Assembly: GCA_036703315.1 (NCBI GenBank)
Contig: DATNPH010000003.1
Coordinates: 8,141-32,140 of the forward strand
DNA length: 24,000 nucleotides
Direction: 5' to 3'
DNA from: Coleofasciculaceae cyanobacterium
Lineage (GTDB): Bacteria > Cyanobacteriota > Cyanobacteriia > Cyanobacteriales > Coleofasciculaceae
Made by a program: the position numbers and the translations under genes. Position 1 is the first letter of the stretch. Each line of letters begins with the position of its first letter. The notes beneath the pieces are model-generated. The model searched no databases, was not told the origin of the DNA, and saw only the letters and a program-made list of their open reading frames with translations. Shown one piece after another: positions 18,006-24,000 of this stretch.

Positions 18006-19016
18006 CTAAACCATTTCCTGATTCAGCAATGCCCCACCACAACTAGAACCACAACCTGCTGTACAACCATAACAGTAGGAAGCTGTACGAATCTCATCAA
18101 TTAAGTCTAAAGTTCCAGCTTCCAATAGCTTAGCAACCGTCAGTTTTTGCCCAGAGTGAGACTTGGCTTCAATATTTTCCATCTGGTTAAAGTCACAGTC
18201 GTAGACATTTCCCAGATAGTCAATCGACAGTTCATCACGGCACATCAAATGCTCCACCGTACTCGCGTTGAAATTAGCCTCTAAAAACTTCAGGTAAGGA
18301 GCGTATAACTTAGTCCGTTGTAAATGAAACTTACTTCTACCAACGGGCAAATTTGTGATCGTAAACAACTGATTGAAGTCAATATCAAAATGTTCTTTGA
18401 GGAACACTTTGTAATCCTGTTCTAACTTTGTCTGATCAGGAGTTAAGGAAAATTTTTCCGTAAGGGGGAGTTGAGGATTGTACACCAAATCCAGAACTAA
18501 ATCAGAATTTCTCCCATACCCCAATTGATTTAGCCATTGGATTGCACGGATTGAGTCATTATAAACACCTCTACCGCGCATTTTATCTACATTGTCTTCT
18601 AAATAGCAGGGCAGAGATGCCACAACTTTTAACTGGTTCTTGGCGAAGTATTCTGGTAGCTCCTCAAACCCAGGCTCAAAATAAATCGTCAAGTTTGACC
18701 GAACAATCACTTGCTTACCCGTTTCCCGCGCTGCCTCTACCAATGGCTTAAATCCATAGTTCATTTCCGGTGCGCCACCCGTAAGGTCAACAATCTTAAT
18801 CTGGGGAAACTTATAAATTAGCTCAATTAGTTGCTCACAAACCTCTGGTGAAAGTTCTTCCGTCCGTTTCGGACTAGCTTCCACATGACAGTGAGTACAG
18901 GCTAAATTGCAGCGCTTACCCAAATTAATTTGTAAGACTGTGATTTTATTTTTAGTTAATGGTACCTTCAGTTTTTTTCTAAAAGGTGTTGCTGGTAATA
19001 GTTCTTGCTGAATCAT
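18006..19016 (-). CDS. arsS: Arsenosugar biosynthesis radical SAM protein ArsS
   Basis: It has the radical-SAM cluster motif CNLACTHCH and the characteristic C-terminal cysteine-rich tail SYCYGCTAGCGSSCGGAL. It lies immediately downstream of arsM. Confidence 0.85.
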   Translation of the reverse strand: MIQQELLPATPFRKKLKVPLTKNKITVLQINLGKRCNLACTHCHVEASPKRTEELSPEVCEQLIELIYKFPQIKIVDLTGGAPEMNYGFKPLVEAARETGKQVIVRSNLTIYFEPGFEELPEYFAKNQLKVVASLPCYLEDNVDKMRGRGVYNDSIRAIQWLNQLGYGRNSDLVLDLVYNPQLPLTEKFSLTPDQTKLEQDYKVFLKEHFDIDFNQLFTITNLPVGRSKFHLQRTKLYAPYLKFLEANFNASTVEHLMCRDELSIDYLGNVYDCDFNQMENIEAKSHSGQKLTVAKLLEAGTLDLIDEIRTASYCYGCTAGCGSSCGGALLNQEMV

Positions 19017-19064
19017 CTTTCTGAAACTTTTGGTATTTTGTCGCTTGAGCTGATTGGGATACGC

Positions 19065-20033
19065 TTAACAGCAACCGCCACCCGTATAGTGCCAAGTTGA
19101 ATCTGTAATTAAGATTTCTCTCGGAACTGATGTGGCTAGATTATGGGCTGTCTTGTCACAAACAGCAGCTGGTACACCCCGCTGGAGAACATGTCCTGCT
19201 GAGTCATCAAAGACCTCTTGGGAACCCGTATAAATCGCTGTCTTGCCAGTAAAAATACAAGCTCCATCCTCGGGAATTGCGACTTTGAAGGAAACAGAAT
19301 CAAGACTTTCTAGCAGTAGAGGCTCGTCTAGACCATAACTTTGGCAATCCAGAAGTCGATAAGGGCGTTTGGCACGGATTTCCACTTGACCAAAACCAGC
19401 GTCTACGAGATGTTGGACATAGGCTTCGTAGGTGAGGGCACCGGATAAGCACATTGCCCGCAACCGTTCATCTTGACGCAAATGCAATGGAATAGGACGA
19501 GTCGCGATCGGGTCACTCATCAGTAGGCGTCCACCTGGTTTTAACACCCGGAAGGCTTCTTGAAGAGCCTTCGTTAGGTCAGCCGGTTCAAAAATGTTAA
19601 ACAAACAATTTTGAGCGACAACATCCACAGAGGCATCTGGTACTGGCAGGGTGAAGGCATCCCCTTCCCGAATCTCAACAAAACATGGGTCAAACCAGGG
19701 ATTTTCTTTGGCGGCGATTTCTAGGTTACGGGTAGCGGCTGCACGCATAGCCTGCACTGGCTCGATCGCGATAACCCCTCCAGGACGCCTGGAAAAATAA
19801 GCAAATTGCAAAGCTTCTAAACCACCGCCAACACCCACATACAGCACAATCGGCTCGTTAGTGAGTTCGGCTGGATGAACAGTACTCCCACAGCCATAGT
19901 TCATTTGCTGCATTTCGTGGGGAATTTTGAGTCCTGGCAGTTGCAGAGGACTGCTTTGGACACAACACAACCCAACTTGTGGTGTTTCGGCTACTTCCGT
20001 GTAAAATTTCGCAGTTGTTTCGAGATAGCTCAT
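19065..20033 (-). CDS. arsM: Arsenite S-adenosylmethionine methyltransferase ArsM
   Basis: It has the SAM-binding motif VLYVGVGGGLE, an N-terminal conserved cysteine pair (GLCCVQ) and NYGCG. It is paired with arsS as in the described cyanobacterial arsenosugar locus. Confidence 0.75.
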   Translation of the reverse strand: MSYLETTAKFYTEVAETPQVGLCCVQSSPLQLPGLKIPHEMQQMNYGCGSTVHPAELTNEPIVLYVGVGGGLEALQFAYFSRRPGGVIAIEPVQAMRAAATRNLEIAAKENPWFDPCFVEIREGDAFTLPVPDASVDVVAQNCLFNIFEPADLTKALQEAFRVLKPGGRLLMSDPIATRPIPLHLRQDERLRAMCLSGALTYEAYVQHLVDAGFGQVEIRAKRPYRLLDCQSYGLDEPLLLESLDSVSFKVAIPEDGACIFTGKTAIYTGSQEVFDDSAGHVLQRGVPAAVCDKTAHNLATSVPREILITDSTWHYTGGGCC

Positions 20034-20633
20034 CTGAATTTTTTGGTTGGCAAGGGGTTAAACGCTACAGAAACCAGGAGGTAGAGGCTGCGTTTTGATA
20101 GGCTACACATCGATCCCTCAAAGCTTTAATATTACTTAACAACTGCTTGTCCGACTCTAATTGCAGATTTATTTTGGATTTTATGAGAGGCGATCGCCTT
20201 AGTTACTCGCTCTCACACCCACTCATCTTTGAGCAAATTTCAATATATTCTCAAAGCTCAAATTCTTGTATGAGGAGGTATTGGGCGATTTTGAGAAAGA
20301 AGCCAACGCCTTGTTTAGCAGGGAGTAAACCTATTTGAAACCCAGATCCGAAGCTGGCACTAAAGTTATCGGAGAGTTAGCTAAGGGGCGATCGCTAATC
20401 TAGCAAGGTCAGTAGTAGCAACTCAATGTAGGGGCTCATACCATAACAAGTCTATTGCAAAGTAGATATTGTATTCTAATGACTCGGCATCAGGCATCTG
20501 GCAACTACTGGCACTTTGCTGCGCTAGGTACTTCAATACCGAAAATCTGGTTGCTATGATGAGAGCTTATTTCAATTAACCAAGTTGGTTATCACTCGCC
20601 AATTATCTGTGTGCATTCTACTAGGAGCTTCAT

Positions 20634-21899
20634 ATGCAAACACTCAAACCTGCATCCAAACAGAGACATATCGTTTTGACATCTCATCCGGGTGATTCCG
20701 GATCAAAGCGTCTAAAGATCCATTGGGGTGCAAGCGACCCAATACAACGAGGACCGGTTGTGGGAACCTTAGCCAACTCAGCCCATCGCAATGTTATTGG
20801 TACTCACTCAGGATCGTATTCTGTCTATCGGGCTTTGGCGGTTGCAAGTGGAGCACTCCAGGCTAACCACCGTGCTGATCTTACCAACACAGCTCCCATT
20901 GTCGCCATTGGTCCTCATCCCAGTTGGGCTGACGCTGATAAAATCGTCTCACTCGATCCCTTTGGCGGAGTAGTGGGTGAAGCTTACGCTGATTTGTATG
21001 AGCAGGGATACGATATTCGACCCACAATTGCCGTCACTAAAGCTCACATTAATATGCCAGAACTACAGGAGGCTGTAGTGAAAGGGCGATTGTCAATTGA
21101 CGGTCAAATCCTCAAAACTGCCACCAGTTTAGTCGTAACTAAAGTTGCCATTGACCCAGTATGGTATCTACCGGGAATTGCCAAGCGACTCAAGGTTAAG
21201 GAAAGTGACCTCCGCCGTGCCCTGTTTCAGCAAACGGGTGGAATGTACCCGGAGTTGATCACACGTCCGGATTTACAGGTGTTTTTACCGCCCATTGGTG
21301 GCATCACCGTTTATATTATTGGCGAGGTTGCGGCGATTACAGACCCCAATCGGCACCTTGCTGTACGGGTACATGACGAATGCAACGGTTCGGATGTCTT
21401 TGGTTCGGATATTTGTACCTGTCGTCCTTATCTAGCGCATGGTCTTGAGGTCTGTGTTCAGACAGCACAACAAGGCGGTGCTGGTATCCTAGTTTACTGC
21501 CGGAAAGAAGGTCGAGCTTTAGGCGAGGTGACAAAATTCTTGGTCTACAATGCTCGCAAACGTCAAGAAGGAGGCGATAGCGCCGATGCCTACTTCAACC
21601 GCACTGAGTGTGTGGCAGGTGTACAAGATATGCGCTTTCAAGAACTGATGCCCGATGTACTGCATTGGTTGGGGATTACGCGGATTGACCGTTTCGTCTC
21701 CATGAGCGATATGAAACACAACGCCATTGTTAACTCTGGTATCGAAATTATCCAGCGCATCGAGATTCCAGAAGAGTTGATTCCTGCTGATGCCATGGTG
21801 GAAATCGCCGCCAAGCAAGCAGCAGGTTACTACACGAAAAACACAGTACCGGATAGTGTTACCCTTGCTGCCATTAAAGGACGTGGTTTAGCAGATTAG
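20634..21899 (+). CDS. URC1-like GTP cyclohydrolase II family protein (421 aa)
   Basis: The C-terminal GCH-II-like domain has the zinc motif HDECNGSDVFGSDICTCRPYL. The protein is much longer than RibA and has an extra N-terminal domain. AGGAG lies 7 nt upstream of the ATG. It is clustered with DUF1688 and upp. Confidence 0.75.
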   Translation: MQTLKPASKQRHIVLTSHPGDSGSKRLKIHWGASDPIQRGPVVGTLANSAHRNVIGTHSGSYSVYRALAVASGALQANHRADLTNTAPIVAIGPHPSWADADKIVSLDPFGGVVGEAYADLYEQGYDIRPTIAVTKAHINMPELQEAVVKGRLSIDGQILKTATSLVVTKVAIDPVWYLPGIAKRLKVKESDLRRALFQQTGGMYPELITRPDLQVFLPPIGGITVYIIGEVAAITDPNRHLAVRVHDECNGSDVFGSDICTCRPYLAHGLEVCVQTAQQGGAGILVYCRKEGRALGEVTKFLVYNARKRQEGGDSADAYFNRTECVAGVQDMRFQELMPDVLHWLGITRIDRFVSMSDMKHNAIVNSGIEIIQRIEIPEELIPADAMVEIAAKQAAGYYTKNTVPDSVTLAAIKGRGLAD

Positions 21900-22005
21900 A
21901 ACGGGATTAGGAATTGGGAAGAAGACGCGGAGAGTTTTTCTTCAAATTCTCCGTGTCCTCACTCTCTAGTTTCGGGACAGCACCCTCTACCAAAAGGAAG
22001 CCGCC

Positions 22006-23349
22006 TTGAATAATCTTGAACAGCAAGCGATCTGCTCTGATGAGCAGCGTTCTGCTATTGCTTACTTGAAAACTCCAGCAGCGATTCGAGAGCGATGTGA
22101 TCGGCTTTTTTCTTTAGGATGTAATGACCAGTTAAATTACTTTCGCTGCAACTTAACCCAGCTAGAGTCGGTTGCTCACTACGTCATTGAGGTAATGCGC
22201 GACGAGTACCCCGATTTGAATATTCCTTTTCATAGTCGTTGGCGACATTTTGAAGTTGGGAACATCCCGCGTATTGCAGAACTAGAGCAGCACTTGGCAG
22301 AACTCACCCCAATCCAAAAAGCGCAAACAAAGTTTGACCTAGCAATTGTCAGTGTCCTACTTGATGCGGGTGCAGGTGCTGATTGGCAGTATCACGAACA
22401 GGAAACAGGACTTGTGTTTAGCCGTTCTGAAGGCTTAGCTGTAGCCAGTTTCCGAATGTTTTGCCAGGGTGCTTTTTCTAGTGATCCGCAACACCCTTTG
22501 CAAGCCGATGCTCAAGGACTTCAATCATTAACAGTACAGAGACTAGCGCAAGGATTCCAGGTAAGCGAGGCGAATTCCCTCCTTGGTGTAGAAGGTAGAC
22601 TGGAACTACTCCAGCGCTTGGGGCGATCGCTCGTAGCTTTACCTCAGTTGTTTGGTGATACTAATCCACGTCCAGGCAATCTAGTAAATCACTTACTGGG
22701 TTTGGGAGTGGGGAATGGCAACACGGGACAAAGAGGACAAGCAAGAGAATTGACTTCCAAGGAGTCTCCCTCATCTTCCCACTCACCACTCCCCACTCAA
22801 TTAGCTGCCAGTACCGTACTGAGTGCCGTCTTAGAGGGATTAGGAAATATCTGGCCAGGACGATTAGCGATCGCCGGCGTCAATTTAGGTGATGTTTGGC
22901 TTCATCCTGCCCTCAAAGGCGATCATCCCAGCGATCAGTATGTACCGTTTCACAAACTCTCTCAGTGGCTAACTTATTCCCTATTAGAGCCACTGCAAGA
23001 ACTGGGTTTGGAGATTACTGGACTAGACGAGTTGACAGGATTGCCAGAGTATCGTAATGGCGGCTTGTGCTTGGATTTTGGGCTTTTAGAAGTCAAAGAT
23101 GCTGCTGTGTTACAGGAGCGTCACCTACCAGGATCTGAGGTGATCGTCGAGTGGCGATCGCTCACAGTCAGTTTGTTAGACAGGATTGCGGCAACTATCC
23201 GACAACGACTGAACCTGAGTAATGCCCAGTTGCCACTAGTAAAAGTTTTACAAGGAGGAACCTGGACAGCAGGACGACGAATTGCTGCCCAGTTGAGAGA
23301 AGACGGTGTTCCCCCAATTCAGATCGAGAGTGATGGCACGGTGTTTTAA
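22006..23349 (+). CDS. URC4/urg3-family protein (DUF1688), 447 aa, TTG start in the track
   Basis: The assignment rests on size, the FHSRWRHF motif as I recall it for DUF1688, and the conserved gene neighbourhood (URC1-like upstream, upp downstream). It contains a probable 31-codon repeat insertion. Confidence 0.65.
   Translation: MNNLEQQAICSDEQRSAIAYLKTPAAIRERCDRLFSLGCNDQLNYFRCNLTQLESVAHYVIEVMRDEYPDLNIPFHSRWRHFEVGNIPRIAELEQHLAELTPIQKAQTKFDLAIVSVLLDAGAGADWQYHEQETGLVFSRSEGLAVASFRMFCQGAFSSDPQHPLQADAQGLQSLTVQRLAQGFQVSEANSLLGVEGRLELLQRLGRSLVALPQLFGDTNPRPGNLVNHLLGLGVGNGNTGQRGQARELTSKESPSSSHSPLPTQLAASTVLSAVLEGLGNIWPGRLAIAGVNLGDVWLHPALKGDHPSDQYVPFHKLSQWLTYSLLEPLQELGLEITGLDELTGLPEYRNGGLCLDFGLLEVKDAAVLQERHLPGSEVIVEWRSLTVSLLDRIAATIRQRLNLSNAQLPLVKVLQGGTWTAGRRIAAQLREDGVPPIQIESDGTVF
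22706..22798. repeat. 93-bp element bounded by inverted repeats, embedded in frame in the DUF1688 CDS
   Basis: GAGTGGGGAATGG (22706-22718) matches the reverse complement of CCACTCCCCACTC (22786-22798) at 12 of 13 nt. The length is 93 nt, or 31 codons. It encodes the low-complexity peptide GVGNGNTGQRGQARELTSKESPSSSHSPLPT. Confidence 0.6.
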
Positions 23350-23364
23350 GAGGAGTTATTGTCT

Positions 23365-24000
23365 ATGGCGGCTCAAGTTACGGTAATCGACCACCCTTTT
23401 GTGCAACACAAGTTGACGCTGATGCGTCAGGTTGACACTAGCACAGCAAAATTCCGCCAGCTCTTAAAAGAGGTTGGGATGTTGTTGGCCTACGAGGTGA
23501 CACGCGACTTGCCGCTGAAGTATGAACCAATTAAGACACCAGTAGCCCCCATGATGGCTCCGATGCTTGGCCCAGACAAGAAGATGGTGGTTGTCTCAAT
23601 TATGCGTGCGGGACAGGGACTTTTAGACGGAATTCTGGAACTAATGCCCTCAGCCCGTGTGGGGCATATCGGATTATACCGTGACCCCACCACCTATATG
23701 GCTATTGAGTATTACTTCAAACTTCCCCATGACACTGAGCAGCGAGATATCTTGGTAGTCGATCCGATGTTGGCAACTGGCAACTCAGCCATTGCTGCCA
23801 TTGACCGAATTAAGGAAGTTGGTCCAAGGTCAATGAAGTTTTTGTGCTTATTGGCAGCACCAGAGGGAATCAAGCACTTTCATGAGCAGCACCCGGATGT
23901 ACCGATTTACACGGCGGCTATTGATGAAGGACTAGATGAATACGGGTACATTGTTCCTGGTTTGGGTGATGCAGGCGATCGCCTCTATGGAACTAAGTAA
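23365..24000 (+). CDS. upp: Uracil phosphoribosyltransferase
   Basis: Supporting motifs are [12 protein letters not shown], the PRPP loop [12 protein letters not shown] and the C-terminal [18 protein letters not shown] prefer the ATG at 23365 (AGGAG 9 nt upstream) over the track's TTG at 23359. The stop codon is the last triplet of the window. Confidence 0.95.
   Translation: MAAQVTVIDHPFVQHKLTLMRQVDTSTAKFRQLLKEVGMLLAYEVTRDLPLKYEPIKTPVAPMMAPMLGPDKKMVVVSIMRAGQGLLDGILELMPSARVGHIGLYRDPTTYMAIEYYFKLPHDTEQRDILVVDPMLATGNSAIAAIDRIKEVGPRSMKFLCLLAAPEGIKHFHEQHPDVPIYTAAIDEGLDEYGYIVPGLGDAGDRLYGTK

Noticed and set aside
20147-20338. 63-aa ORF in the arsM/URC1 divergent intergenic region
   Set aside because: It has no ribosome-binding site or motif, it contains a HIP1 site and low-complexity sequence, and it is probably a promoter region.
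20340-20633. Possible riboswitch or leader upstream of the URC-like cluster
   Set aside because: I could not recognise any known riboswitch consensus or a convincing terminator/antiterminator pair by eye. A covariance-model scan is needed before any claim.
21337-21818. Two minus-strand ORFs antisense to the URC1-like gene
   Set aside because: They are nested antisense to a conserved CDS.

Overview
This is a cyanobacterial chromosomal window. It is dense in HIP1 palindromes (GCGATCGC) and in short G/C-run hairpin repeats of the filamentous-cyanobacteria type. No rRNA, tRNA, CRISPR array or transposase/integrase gene was found. Core genes, left to right: an XRE-HTH gene followed by a DUF559 (Vsr-fold) endonuclease gene embedded in repeats; a rubredoxin missing from the ORF track, abutting an HI0933-family flavoprotein; a 989-aa five-PAS histidine kinase; two paralogous small membrane proteins; a 4-TM membrane protein; clpB; uppP; a Uma2 endonuclease; an EcsC-like protein; arsS-arsM (arsenosugar); and a URC1-like/URC4(DUF1688)/upp pyrimidine cluster. 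The best candidate for something undescribed is an AT-rich block of about 4 kb with no HIP1 sites (about 11785-15789). It is wedged between uppP and a truncated pentapeptide-repeat gene and is bounded by an 11/12-nt inverted repeat. It carries a PstI/BsuBI-like endonuclease with a C5 methyltransferase, then divergently a 68-aa ORF, an untracked 58-aa ribbon-helix-helix protein, and a 373-aa protein with an N-terminal HNH nuclease and an unassignable C-terminal domain of about 270 aa. Other notable structures: the DUF559 gene is bracketed by nested inverted C-run/G-run repeats (REP/RAYT-like geometry); a diverged relic of the clpB 3' end lies 668 bp downstream of the intact one; and two repeat insertions sit in frame inside coding regions. 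All family assignments come from motif recognition by eye, with no searches run.
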